From positions 1,344,001 through 1,408,000 of the forward strand of contig CAWFQK010000004.1 of NCBI GenBank assembly GCA_963817955.1: DNA of 64,000 nt, read 5' to 3'. Below the pieces are notes generated by a model. That model made no database searches and was not told the DNA's origin. It saw nothing but the letters and a program-made list of their open reading frames with translations. The first letter of the stretch is position 1; each line of letters starts with the position of its first letter. This DNA is from an uncultured Gemmatimonadaceae bacterium (lineage in GTDB: Bacteria; Gemmatimonadota; Gemmatimonadetes; Gemmatimonadales; Gemmatimonadaceae). Shown here piece by piece: positions 49,918-59,234 of this stretch. A program made the position numbers and the translations under genes.

Positions 49918-50673
49918 ATGACAGTCGGTAGCCAACTCGACCTACGCCACTTCGCGCTGAGTGTTCTCGCATGCGATGCACCAGATGCGACACCTACGCA
50001 GATCTGCGGAACGGCCTTTGCGATAGGAGGCGGCTATTTTGTCACAGCCGCGCACGTGCTTGACACCGTGCTCGAGTCACGCGCTCCCTCTCTTGGCTTT
50101 CTACCAGATCAAGCCCCGCTCGGACCAGTAGCATACTACCAGGCTCCGATCACCCGGCATGAGATCGTGCGAGGCCTTGACCTCGGAATTATCGCGTGTG
50201 CTGGTGGACCCTACGGCACTTTTCAGTGGTTCGGCAGAGATGTTGCCCTCCTGACAAACGTCTTGGCTGGCGGCTATCCGTACGCGCTCGAGCGCGATCG
50301 TTTGCAAGTGTTTGTTCGCGCCTATCGTGGTTCCATCGCCTCAGCGCATCAGATATATCAGCTTCCCGACGAGCCTGGCGGATACGAACTTTCATTTCCG
50401 GCGCCGCGAGGGTTGTCCGGGGCACCGCTGCTACTTCAGCAAATGCCGCCAATTGTGGTCGGCTATATCGTAGAGAATGGCCGCTCTGGCATGCTGGTCA
50501 TGAGCCATCGTGAATCGATTGCTGAATCGTCCTCGGAGACGGTTGTTGAGCAGTATGAGTACCTGACTTACGGGATTGCCGTGAGCTCAAGTGCAGTGGT
50601 AGAGGTTCAGAGTGAGCTGCTGGGCGGGACGATCAAAGATCACTTGAAGCGTCACAACCTATTCATAGATTGA
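49918..50673 (+). CDS. Cassette: trypsin-like serine protease
   Basis: GTAF, VTAAHV, DLGII, GYP, GLSGAP catalytic triad motifs; no signal peptide. Confidence 0.82.
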   Translation: MTVGSQLDLRHFALSVLACDAPDATPTQICGTAFAIGGGYFVTAAHVLDTVLESRAPSLGFLPDQAPLGPVAYYQAPITRHEIVRGLDLGIIACAGGPYGTFQWFGRDVALLTNVLAGGYPYALERDRLQVFVRAYRGSIASAHQIYQLPDEPGGYELSFPAPRGLSGAPLLLQQMPPIVVGYIVENGRSGMLVMSHRESIAESSSETVVEQYEYLTYGIAVSSSAVVEVQSELLGGTIKDHLKRHNLFID

Positions 50674-50690
50674 TTTCGATCCGCGATGCA

Positions 50691-50780
50691 GCATAACGTG
50701 CGTTGCACCAGCCGGGCGAGCTTTGGTAGCTCGCTGCGCTCGCATTTTGTTTGATTCGCCCCCAGGTAAACTCGGGCGTT
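50691..50780 (+). other. attC site (R' split by IS110-B)
   Basis: GCATAAC...CAGGTAAA-CTCGGGCGTT|IS|AGACC. Confidence 0.85.
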
Positions 50781-50849
50781 GATATGACTGGGCTGGTGTC
50801 AAACGCTTAGTTCATTCGACGGTCACTGCGTTGGTAGTTGTGATGTAAG

Positions 50850-51070
50850 TGGATCGTGGAACGACGGGGGGCCGAGGCAGCATCGACGATGAATCCTGCT
50901 GATATGCGCCGGTTGCCGCGACGCGGCAGAGCGGCAAGAATTGGATTCGTCGGGAGCTGGCTCATTCTAGGCTCGGGGATCCCGCTATCACATGGAACGC
51001 ACGGGCCGCCATAACGCCGTCGAGAGTACTCGCACATCGAGCCTCGGCACCGCACGTCGGACCACGATCA
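50850..51070 (-). ncRNA. Putative bridge/seek RNA of IS110-B
   Basis: Minus strand carries CGGCGTTA and GCCTA (attC core flanks), then CATATCAG (own circle junction); boundaries approximate. Confidence 0.6.
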
Positions 51071-51076
51071 CCTGGG

Positions 51077-52226
51077 TCATGCCGCTTGCACCGGCTCGAG
51101 CTCGCGCATCACGGCCCACAGGAAGCCGACGAGTTCGCGCGCCACGGCCACGACGGCGATCTGTGGGCGCTTCCGATAGCTCAGATGATTGTATCGTTGG
51201 TGCAGCCGCTGCTGCGCTTTCCAGGCGTGGGTGAGCACCGCGGGCGGTAGCCCTTGCTGTCGCCGCTTGAGATCGACGCTGATCTGCGGACGATGCCGAT
51301 AGCTCCACGCCGCCTGCACGAGCACATGGCGGCAATGACTGTTGGCCGCCGTCGTGATCGAACCAAGCCGCACCTGATTGCCACTCGAGTCTTCGCGTGA
51401 GACGAGCCCGAGGTAGCAGGCGAGTTGGCGCGGATGCTCGAACCGCCGCCAGCCGACGAACTCCGTGGCCTGCACCATAGCGGAGTACACCGAGATGCCG
51501 CGGAAGCACTGCAACTGCCTCACCATCGGGACGAGCGTTGGGAGTTCGGCGAGCCGCTCGATCTGTCGATCCAACTCCTCGCGCCGCTGCAGCTTGTACA
51601 GCAACAACGCGTGGAACTCTCGATAGATGAGCCGGTCATCCGAGGCGAGCGGCGACCCGTCCGTCGTGAGGTGCTGGAGCCATTGGAGGTGCGGCGTGCA
51701 CCAATTGGTGCCCTCGGGAAACACAAAGCCGCGACGCGCGAGGAACTTGAGGATGTAGTGCCGCGACTTGAGGATCTCGCGTTGAAAGATCTCACGACAG
51801 CGGACGACATCACGGACGCGCTCCTCAGCTTCACTGGGGATGCGCACGGGGACCAGCTCGCCCGCGCGATAGAGTCGCGCCAGGTCTGCGGCATCGCGCT
51901 TGTCATGTTTCCGTTGGACCCCGGGCCGCTTGGGAATCAGCGAGGGCGCGATCACGTCACACGCGTAGCCCCACTCGCGGAGCGCACGATGCAGCACGTA
52001 GCCCGTGCCACTCGCTGGCGTAACAGGCGCGCAGATCGCCGGCCCGGGCTGTCCGTGCCAGCCATTTCTTGAGGACCGGCAAGTCGTTGGTCAGCTTCTC
52101 GAGCCGGGTCGGCGTTGTCGCCGCCGCGGGTAAGACCGCGATGGTGATCGAGTCCTTGTGCACATCCATCCCGAGATGGATGATAGAGGGAGCAGCAGGC
52201 AGCACGACCGAAGGCAGTGATGACAT
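51077..52226 (-). pseudogene. IS110 DEDD recombinase, frameshifted near 52017
   Basis: GMDVHK, CY-(frameshift, E lost)-ASG.GY, KHDKRDA, EDSSG, VAVAREL. Confidence 0.85.
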
Positions 52227-52364
52227 GGGTTGGTCGCCGTGTACGACACGTCGGATCGTCGCAGGTGGCTCTGGGAACTCCGTCTCAACGCGTGAGGAAC
52301 TAATCCACGCTAAGATCGGAGGCCAGCCAGTCATAACTTCTAGACCAACAGAACAGATTCTCCC

Positions 52365-52973
52365 ATGTCTCAGCAGCGCTGTTCCCGGTGCGGAGCCGAT
52401 GTCACGACGCGCGAGCTCCCCGGTTTGGGAGTGCGCGAAGTGCTCGTCGATCGTCCTCGTGTGCTCCACCTGTGCACCGGCACCCCCGGATCATCGCGTC
52501 CGGGGGGTAGGTTAGCGCCCGCGTCAGTCGCCCAGCTCGGTGAACCAAAGGGCATCTCCACGCCCGCCAATTCCGATCCCACAGTTCGCAGGCCAGTGGC
52601 AAAGCAGTGCCGGGAGTGTGGCTACCCCATACTCCTGGTCTGGGACAAGACACGTGACTGCTACATGCCCGTGGATCAGGCCACGCGCCAGCCCCATTCT
52701 TGCCGCGCGAGTGATCTAACCAGAAGTGCCGTTGACTGCCCGACATGCGGAGCGCGGGTGAATTCGATGTTTCATCGTGCATCCGGGAAACGTCGCCTCT
52801 TCACCCCGGATGATAGTACGAAGCTGCATCACTGCATCCCGCCCGAGATCGCCGTTCGTCGAAGCGGCGGCGGCAGCCGGTTGGGGTCAGCGGACGGACT
52901 GCAGTCGTATCAGCGTCCTTCCTCCATCGACTGCACGTGTGAGGGCAGCGGTTGCGCCTCGTGCCGCCGATAG
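52365..52973 (+). CDS. Cassette: Cys/His-rich multi-zinc-ribbon hypothetical protein
   Basis: Three CxxCG...HxC units plus C-terminal CxCxxxxCxxC. Confidence 0.6.
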   Translation: MSQQRCSRCGADVTTRELPGLGVREVLVDRPRVLHLCTGTPGSSRPGGRLAPASVAQLGEPKGISTPANSDPTVRRPVAKQCRECGYPILLVWDKTRDCYMPVDQATRQPHSCRASDLTRSAVDCPTCGARVNSMFHRASGKRRLFTPDDSTKLHHCIPPEIAVRRSGGGSRLGSADGLQSYQRPSSIDCTCEGSGCASCRR

Positions 52974-52985
52974 CGTGGCGAGGTG

Positions 52986-53075
52986 GTCTAACGAGCGCTG
53001 AACTTGTCGAGCGATCTATGGAAGCTCGCTGCGCTCGCAGCTTATTGAATTCGCTCGCAAGTTAGCTTTGGCGTT
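52986..53075 (+). other. attC site (R' split by IS110-A)
   Basis: GTCTAAC...CTGAACTTG...CAAGTTAG-CTTTGGCGTT|IS|AGCC. Confidence 0.88.
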
Positions 53076-53229
53076 CTATGAGAGTGATTGTCAAGAGCGC
53101 TCTTCGTGCCGGCTGATCGTTTCACCTTTTTCTTCTTGGCAATCAGCCCCGACTCTTTCCTGGCGCGCGAGACCTTCCGCCGGGCAGTCTGCTTTGGCAT
53201 CGTTGTCCTCCCCGTCACTCCAAGGGTTC

Positions 53230-53470
53230 GATCGGACGTGTGCAAGCGATTGGGTCGCGCGGAGGCGAACCATGGTTCTATCTGAGACTCGGCCGCACGG
53301 GCCGGCCTGTCGCTTATTCGGGTTCTGCGGAAGGGCCTATGGTTAGCCGAGTGCCTCGGCGGGACTGCTTGGCCGGGCGAACGCCCAAGATGAGACTGTC
53401 TTCCGCACCCACGTCCCGAATCCTGGAGCCGAGCGGGGGGCAAACGCCCACCTCACGGCGTCCGGGATCG
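53230..53470 (-). ncRNA. Putative bridge/seek RNA of IS110-A
   Basis: Minus strand carries TTGGGCGTT and GGCTAAC (target flanks), then ATAGAAC (own end junction); boundaries approximate. Confidence 0.65.
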
Positions 53471-53476
53471 CGGACG

Positions 53477-54544
53477 TTAGGTCGCTTGCACCGTCAGTTG
53501 CGTTGGATCGTAGCGTTCTCCTCGTTTCCACAGTCGTAACGTGATCGCCGCGAGCTTGCGCGCGAGCGTCACCCGCGCCAGTTCCTCTCGCATGCCGCGG
53601 CTGAGCAATCCCTGATACCAGTCCCGCAACGCGCCCGGCCGCACGGACGCGGCCGTGGCCGCCCCTTTGAACACATCCTTCACCACGCGGTTGTGATTGC
53701 GATTGAGGCCGCGCGTCTGCACATACCGCCGCCGACGGCGCACCGGCCGCTGACCGTCGAGCTCGTACTCGGCGCTGGTCCGGGTGACGACCGCGAGGCC
53801 CGCGTAGGCCCAGAGGTGGCGCTTCGTGCGGAAGCGCCAGGGCGTCTGCAGCGTCGCGAGGAGGAGCGCGACCCGCACCGGTCCGAGATACGGAATGCTG
53901 CGCAGCCCGGCCCACGCCGGATCTCGTTTCGCTTCCGCGAGCATCGCCGCCTTCGCCTTGGGGCGTAGCTGCTGCAGGACCGCGAGTTCGTCGTACAATG
54001 TCGCGGCCCGGAACCGCACGCCCCGCTCCGCCAACTGCTGCAGCCACGTCCGGCGCCGAGCTGTTTGATAGACGGCGGTGCCGGGCGTCTTGATGCCGCG
54101 CGCCCGAAACAACGCCTTGAGCCGTTGCATCACGCGCGTCGAGTCCTCGACGAGGTTGGTATAGGTCCGCGCCAGCTCCTTGAGGGTCGCGCGATCGCGA
54201 CTGCCATGATAGACGGCCCGGAGCCGCCCGCAGCGCAGCAACTCCGACAACTCGTCGGCATCCGGCTGATCGCCCTTGTTGCCTTGCGGGGCTTGTCCGC
54301 GCCGGTTGCACACGAGGACCCGGTCCACCACGGGCACGAGCAGATCGTGCAGCCACTGCGCCTGCGTGCCTTCCTCAAACGCGACGTGGACGGAGCCACG
54401 CATGCCGCGGAACCAGTCCACGATCGGCGCGGCCTCCGTTGGCAAAATGGTGCGCGCGATCACGCGTCCCGTCTCCTCTCGCACCGTCGTCACCGTAGTT
54501 GCCTGGTGCACATCGAGCCCGACATACTTCAGCGTCCGTTTCAT
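53477..54544 (-). CDS. IS110 DEDD recombinase
   Basis: YVGLDVHQ, VAFEEG, KGDQPDA, WAYAGL...TS, LARKLA; uninterrupted 355 aa. Confidence 0.92.
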   Translation of the reverse strand: MKRTLKYVGLDVHQATTVTTVREETGRVIARTILPTEAAPIVDWFRGMRGSVHVAFEEGTQAQWLHDLLVPVVDRVLVCNRRGQAPQGNKGDQPDADELSELLRCGRLRAVYHGSRDRATLKELARTYTNLVEDSTRVMQRLKALFRARGIKTPGTAVYQTARRRTWLQQLAERGVRFRAATLYDELAVLQQLRPKAKAAMLAEAKRDPAWAGLRSIPYLGPVRVALLLATLQTPWRFRTKRHLWAYAGLAVVTRTSAEYELDGQRPVRRRRRYVQTRGLNRNHNRVVKDVFKGAATAASVRPGALRDWYQGLLSRGMREELARVTLARKLAAITLRLWKRGERYDPTQLTVQAT

Positions 54545-54652
54545 GAGAGCGCCTCCTGGCTGGGAGCTGTGGTTGCTCAACAACTCCACATGACCCGTCA
54601 GGGGCGCGCTCTCAATATCCGTTAGCCTGCAACCCTGCCTCCCAACGGCTCC

Positions 54653-55009
54653 ATGACCACTCGCCTTTCTCTCGTGTTCGCCGTGCTGATCGCCGTAGGT
54701 TGCACCAGCGATTCGGCAGACTCGCATGTCGTTCAAGCCGCGGCCCCCGCCTACTCGGCGGAGCAGCGAGCTTCGACGGAGCTAGTCATGAAAAACGCGC
54801 GGGATATCTGCGCCATCCGCGTCGAAGATCCCCACCTAGTCGTTGAATGCAAAGCTGACATTTCTCACGAGAATCAGCTCGCCTTCGCGCGAGCTATCGC
54901 GGATGCGGATGTCGTCCTCAATGGTTCGCCACGCAACATCTATTTCTACCTTCCTGGCGGAGCACAGTTTGCCCAGGCGGACCCAGTAAACGGGATAAGG
55001 CTGAAGTAG
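54653..55009 (+). CDS. Cassette: hypothetical lipoprotein
   Basis: Lipobox AVGC; bounded by GTTAGCC and GGCTAAC. Confidence 0.7.
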   Translation: MTTRLSLVFAVLIAVGCTSDSADSHVVQAAAPAYSAEQRASTELVMKNARDICAIRVEDPHLVVECKADISHENQLAFARAIADADVVLNGSPRNIYFYLPGGAQFAQADPVNGIRLK

Positions 55010-55027
55010 GACGCATCTCGATCTGCA

Positions 55028-55052
55028 GGCTAACGAACGACGCAGCTGTCAA
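55028..55052 (+). other. Last attC, left half only
   Basis: GGCTAAC-GAACGACGCAGCTGTC followed by an IS end. Confidence 0.6.
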
Positions 55053-55230
55053 GGGACTGTCCCACTCGCAGCTGACATTCAGGGGATACCGCGCGGTGAG
55101 TCGGCTTACGCCGCGGCGGATTTCGTGGTGGTGAGGTTGTGCTGAAGCGCCTGCTTGAGCAAGGGCAAATGGCGATGGTTCTTCGCCCGGCAATACTGTC
55201 GCTCCACGGCCCACAAGGCCGCGGCACCGC
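55053..55230 (-). pseudogene. IS256-like transposase C-terminal remnant with IS end
   Basis: AAALWAVERQYCRAKNHRHLPLLKQAL; end GGGACTGTCCC. Confidence 0.55.
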
Positions 55231-55263
55231 TTGAATTGCAGCTAGCCCTGGGACTCCACTGCT

Positions 55264-56814
55264 CTATCGACGCGCCACCGCCGCGGGCTCTCGGCGCCAC
55301 TTGGTCGCCTGCTCGTAGCCATACGCCAGCCTGATCAGCCGCGGCTCATCGAACGCCCGGCCGAAGAACGTCATGCCGGCCGGGAGTGTGTTGTCGCGCG
55401 TATACCCCATGGGCACCGTGATGGCCGGCATGCCGGTGGTCGGCGAAAAGACCTGGCTATTGTCTCCTGCGGGGGTGTTCAGGTCGCCAATCAAACGCGG
55501 CGGGTTGCTCCAGGTGGGATAGATCAGCCCGTCGAGCCGCTCGCGATCCATCAGGCGCGTCACTGCTTCGCGCAGCCCGTCGCGGACGCGCTGCCGCGAC
55601 TGACAACCCGGCGTGGAATCGGGAGGCGTATCGACGCGGTTCGCCGCCTCGAGCCGCGCCTGAATGGACGGATGATAGCGACCGCTGCGTACGATCTCGT
55701 CGAGCGACTTCACCGGCACGCCCGGCCCTTGCGATGCCAACCAGGCATTGAACTCGAACCTGAATGGGTTGCAGCCGCCGCGTCCCGAACGCTGAATCGA
55801 ATCGAGCTCGGGCACGAGAACCGTGTCGATGACCGTCGCGCCGGCGCGGCGCAGATCCTCCACGGCTTTGGCAAAGACTCGCGCAACTTCTGGATCCAGC
55901 GTCGGCCTGTCATACGCCTGGCGAAGGATGCCGATGCGTGCACCCTTGAGCCCGTCGCGCACCAACGAGGCGGCGTAATTCGGCAGCGGCTTGTCCTTCA
56001 CGGCGGCCGTGACCGGGTCGGCGGGATCGTAGCCGGCCACCACCTGCAGCACGGCGACGGCGTCGGCCACCGTTCGGGCCATTGGACCAGCCACGTCGGC
56101 AAAGAGACTGAGAGGAGCCACGCCGCCGCGACTCGTCAGACCCATCGTCGAGCGAATGCCGACGAGGGCGTTGTGCGCACTCGGGCCGCGGATGGAGTTG
56201 CCGGTATCTGTTCCGAGTCCCACTTCACCGAGATCGGCGGCGACCGCCGCCGCCGTGCCGCCGGAGGAGCCGGCCGTCACTCGGTCCAGCGCGTACGGAT
56301 TCTTGGTGTAGCCCGGCAGAACCGAATTCACGGTCTCATATGGGCTGAAGGCGAATTCCGCCATATTAGACTTTGCTAGTACGATCGCCCCGGCCTCTTT
56401 CACGCGTTTCACCAGAAACGCGTCACGCGACGGCGCATACCCTTTGAGGGCGATGTTGCCGACGGCCGTCTGCAGTCCGATCGTCTCGAAATTGTCCTTC
56501 ACGATCATCGGAATGCAGTGCAGCGGGCCAACGAGTTGCCGTTCGGCGGCGAAGCGCCGGTCCAGGGAGTCGGCGATCGCCAGCGCATCGGGATTCACCA
56601 CCGTGATGGCGTTGATTGCCGGGCCATGTTTGTCGAACGCCTCAATCCGACGCAGGTAGTCGTCGACGAGGGCGCGGCAGGTGAGACCACCGCCGCGCAT
56701 GGCAGCATGAATGTCGGCGATGGTCGTCTCTTCCACTGGGAAGGGACGCTGTGCACCGAGAGGCACTGCCGCGGTCGCAAGCAGGGCGAGGGCTGAGAGG
56801 TGGCGTCGAAGCAT
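55264..56814 (-). CDS. Amidase signature family protein
   Basis: VKDN, AGSSGG, GTDTGNSIRGP motifs; signal peptide. Confidence 0.9.
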   Translation of the reverse strand: MLRRHLSALALLATAAVPLGAQRPFPVEETTIADIHAAMRGGGLTCRALVDDYLRRIEAFDKHGPAINAITVVNPDALAIADSLDRRFAAERQLVGPLHCIPMIVKDNFETIGLQTAVGNIALKGYAPSRDAFLVKRVKEAGAIVLAKSNMAEFAFSPYETVNSVLPGYTKNPYALDRVTAGSSGGTAAAVAADLGEVGLGTDTGNSIRGPSAHNALVGIRSTMGLTSRGGVAPLSLFADVAGPMARTVADAVAVLQVVAGYDPADPVTAAVKDKPLPNYAASLVRDGLKGARIGILRQAYDRPTLDPEVARVFAKAVEDLRRAGATVIDTVLVPELDSIQRSGRGGCNPFRFEFNAWLASQGPGVPVKSLDEIVRSGRYHPSIQARLEAANRVDTPPDSTPGCQSRQRVRDGLREAVTRLMDRERLDGLIYPTWSNPPRLIGDLNTPAGDNSQVFSPTTGMPAITVPMGYTRDNTLPAGMTFFGRAFDEPRLIRLAYGYEQATKWRREPAAVARR

Positions 56815-56908
56815 GGCAGGATAGAGCCTATGCAAAAGGTGCGTCTGAGCCGGGGCGCCCATCGTGCTGCTGTGCCGGCCTCGCCGTATCCGGCGATGGC
56901 GAGGTCGG

Positions 56909-57367
56909 CTACTTGGTGACCTGGAGGCTCGCGGCGTCGTTTCGCACCAGTTTCACCCCGGGCAGGTTAGCTCTGATGAAGTAGGTGCCAGGCGTCAGCG
57001 TATCAGAAGCTGCACCGGCGGGGTTGATGCCAATGTGATCCCATCGCGTCTGTACTGTAAACGCCTCGCCAGCGGCCAATGTTTTCGCCGTCAGTGTTAG
57101 GAGACATCCCTCGTCCGCTGGCCGCTGCGGTCCGACGACTTGAGAGTCTGCGGCAACCACTTGAAAGATCGGGGTGGGGCAATCGCCAAAACCGACATCT
57201 TGCGCCGCGTCACCGACGTTCTGGATCGTGAAACTGACGGTGATCGTGTCGCCGAGCCGCACGCTCGGCCGGGGGACGCTCGCCGATACGACAAGGCTTC
57301 CAGACGGCCCGGTCTGTCCTGAACACGCAACAATGCTGATCGCCCCAATTATCGCGCGGATACGCAT
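56909..57367 (-). CDS. Hypothetical lipoprotein with an Ig-like (BsuPI-like) domain
   Basis: Lipobox IVAC; F.I.N.G, L.AGE, WD, L.PG.Y. Confidence 0.6.
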   Translation of the reverse strand: MRIRAIIGAISIVACSGQTGPSGSLVVSASVPRPSVRLGDTITVSFTIQNVGDAAQDVGFGDCPTPIFQVVAADSQVVGPQRPADEGCLLTLTAKTLAAGEAFTVQTRWDHIGINPAGAASDTLTPGTYFIRANLPGVKLVRNDAASLQVTK

Positions 57368-57444
57368 TGCTGTGACCTCCTTACGGTCTGACCAGACAGA
57401 AGGTCAAGGATACGTATGGCACGACGGATAAGTAAGGGGGATCT

Positions 57445-59148
57445 TCACTGCTTGACCGTCTCCATCGCCCGCAAGGCCTGCTGCGCCTGCACGGTTTGTG
57501 GACTCGAGATGGCGGCTCCGCTCAACCCCTGAACGAGCGTGCCGTCGCGGGCGTAGAGATCGTTGCCGAAATACAGCGACCCGCCTTTGACGTACGTCGT
57601 GAAGTACACGATGTACACCGGAATCTTGCGCGGCAAAGTGACCTGGTGGTTGTCGGCGCCGTGCATGGCGCTGTCCACTTTCTCCAATGGCCAACCGAGT
57701 ACCCACTGCGCGAGTTGGTCCGCCTTCGCGACACGGATGCAGCCGTGGCTGAATGCGCGAATGTCCTTCTGGAATAACTCGTGGTTCGGCGTATCGTGCA
57801 GATAAATGTTGTAATCGTTTGGGAATATGAATTTCACGAACCCGAGCGCGTTCTTCGGGCCGGGACGCTGCCGCACCGACCGGCGACCCTGGTCGTAGTA
57901 AATCTCCATATCGTTCGCCGCGAGGTAACCAGGTCCCTTGGGGAACACTTCTTTGGCCGCGATGTCCGGGGTGACATTCCAGTAGGGCCGAAACACGACG
58001 TACTCCATGGAATCGCTGAACACCGGCGTCGCCTTGTCCTCGTACTCCTGGCCGACGATCACTTTCATCTCCAGCGAGGCCTGTCCACTGTCATACGCCG
58101 TGAGCTGAAACTGCGGCACGTTGACGATGATGTAGCGGTCGCCGAGTGACCGCGGCATCCAACGATAGCGCTCGAGATTGGCCGCGATCTGCGCGAGCCG
58201 GTATTGCGCGGGGACGTTCATCGCGTCCACCGTTTCCTTGCCGAGCATGCTGTCGACGTTGATGCCGTGCCGCGCCTGAAAGGTCGCGACCGCCCCGGCG
58301 AGCGCCGCGTCGTACACGCGGGGTTTCGTCGCCGAATCGACGGCATAGCCCTCTACCCGGAGTCGCGCGCGAAGCGCCTCGAGGCGTGCTGGCGACTCGG
58401 CGTCGCCGCGGCGAAGCTGCTTGCTGATCGACACGGTATCCCAGCCACCGTTCGTCACCAGCGTGCGGTACCGCTCCAGTTCCACGCGGAGCGAGTCGTA
58501 CCCGGAATCCTGTGGACGCATGCGCACGAGCCCGGCGCCGAGGTCGTCCTCGCGTAGCGTGAACGTGAGCGCGCTGTCCACGTGCTCTTCCAGCGGGTTG
58601 ATGTGCCACGACTGCCCAAGCGACACCGGACTCACCTGTCCGGTGAGCATGTTCTCTCCGTACGTGGCAAATGCCGCCGAGAGAAGGACGTCGGCATTCG
58701 CGAGCTGTTCGGCGGTTGGAGGCGTTCCGCCGAGGGCGTTCAATGCCCGTCCGAGCGCCGCCAACGGATAGCTGTCGAGGCGGAGTGCATCGCTGTCGGC
58801 ATTGGCGACCGTATTGAGCAGCGCCGCGACCCGAGGCTCGTGCACCCCTCGGTCGTTGAGCCAGAGCAGGTTCTCACCGAACGCCGCATAGAGCTTCTTC
58901 ACGTGCTTCCACACATCGGCAGTCACCGGCGGCGGGGCCGAATCGCTCAGCCGCTTCTGGATGGCTTCGTGTACAGTTGCCGCAGGCACGCCCAGGTACT
59001 CAGCCTGCTGCGGCGGCTGCCAGTTGCGTGACACCTCGCCGCTGGCGCGGCCGCCCTGCTTGCATCCGGATACGAACACACCGGCCACAGCGGCAGCGAT
59101 GAACGCGAGCCGGAGCGGGCGATCACAGTTCATCGTCAATTGTCTCAC
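57445..59148 (-). CDS. L,D-transpeptidase (YcbB/LdtD-like)
   Basis: PG-binding AV..FQARHG, NLER.RW, NALG.VKF.FPN, YLHDTP, SHGCIR. Confidence 0.92.
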   Translation of the reverse strand: MRQLTMNCDRPLRLAFIAAAVAGVFVSGCKQGGRASGEVSRNWQPPQQAEYLGVPAATVHEAIQKRLSDSAPPPVTADVWKHVKKLYAAFGENLLWLNDRGVHEPRVAALLNTVANADSDALRLDSYPLAALGRALNALGGTPPTAEQLANADVLLSAAFATYGENMLTGQVSPVSLGQSWHINPLEEHVDSALTFTLREDDLGAGLVRMRPQDSGYDSLRVELERYRTLVTNGGWDTVSISKQLRRGDAESPARLEALRARLRVEGYAVDSATKPRVYDAALAGAVATFQARHGINVDSMLGKETVDAMNVPAQYRLAQIAANLERYRWMPRSLGDRYIIVNVPQFQLTAYDSGQASLEMKVIVGQEYEDKATPVFSDSMEYVVFRPYWNVTPDIAAKEVFPKGPGYLAANDMEIYYDQGRRSVRQRPGPKNALGFVKFIFPNDYNIYLHDTPNHELFQKDIRAFSHGCIRVAKADQLAQWVLGWPLEKVDSAMHGADNHQVTLPRKIPVYIVYFTTYVKGGSLYFGNDLYARDGTLVQGLSGAAISSPQTVQAQQALRAMETVKQ

Positions 59149-59234
59149 TCTCTTGTTCGGGGACCCCCGGTCCCATAGGGCGAAATACGGGCCAGAGTGG
59201 CCGAGCGCGCTTCATGTCGTCACATTTCGCGCTA

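Larger units (their letters stand above)
50781..52340 (-). mobile_element. IS110-family element B (sub-terminal IRs, long 3' non-coding region)
   Basis: Sub-terminal IR ATGACTGG/CCAGTCAT. Removing the element restores GTTAGACC, which complements the next R'' GGTCTAAC. Confidence 0.9.
53076..54619 (-). mobile_element. IS110-family element A, copy 2 (intact)
   Basis: CGTT on both sides (53072-53075 and 54620-54623). Removing the element restores GGCGTTAGCC, whose GTTAGCC complements the next R'' GGCTAAC. Confidence 0.92.
29552..55052 (+). mobile_element. Chromosomal integron with an array of about 16 cassettes
   Basis: intI followed by same-strand ORFs separated by attC sites. Most R'' boxes are complementary to the GTTRRRY that opens the same cassette. 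Confidence 0.92.

Noticed and set aside
53342..53348. GTTAGCC inside IS110-A as an additional attC R' site
   Set aside because: No matching R''/L boxes or attC palindrome; better explained as a guide segment
50781..54619. Group IIC-attC introns as the attC-inserted elements
   Set aside because: The ORFs are DEDD IS110 recombinases; no reverse transcriptase motifs were seen in the window
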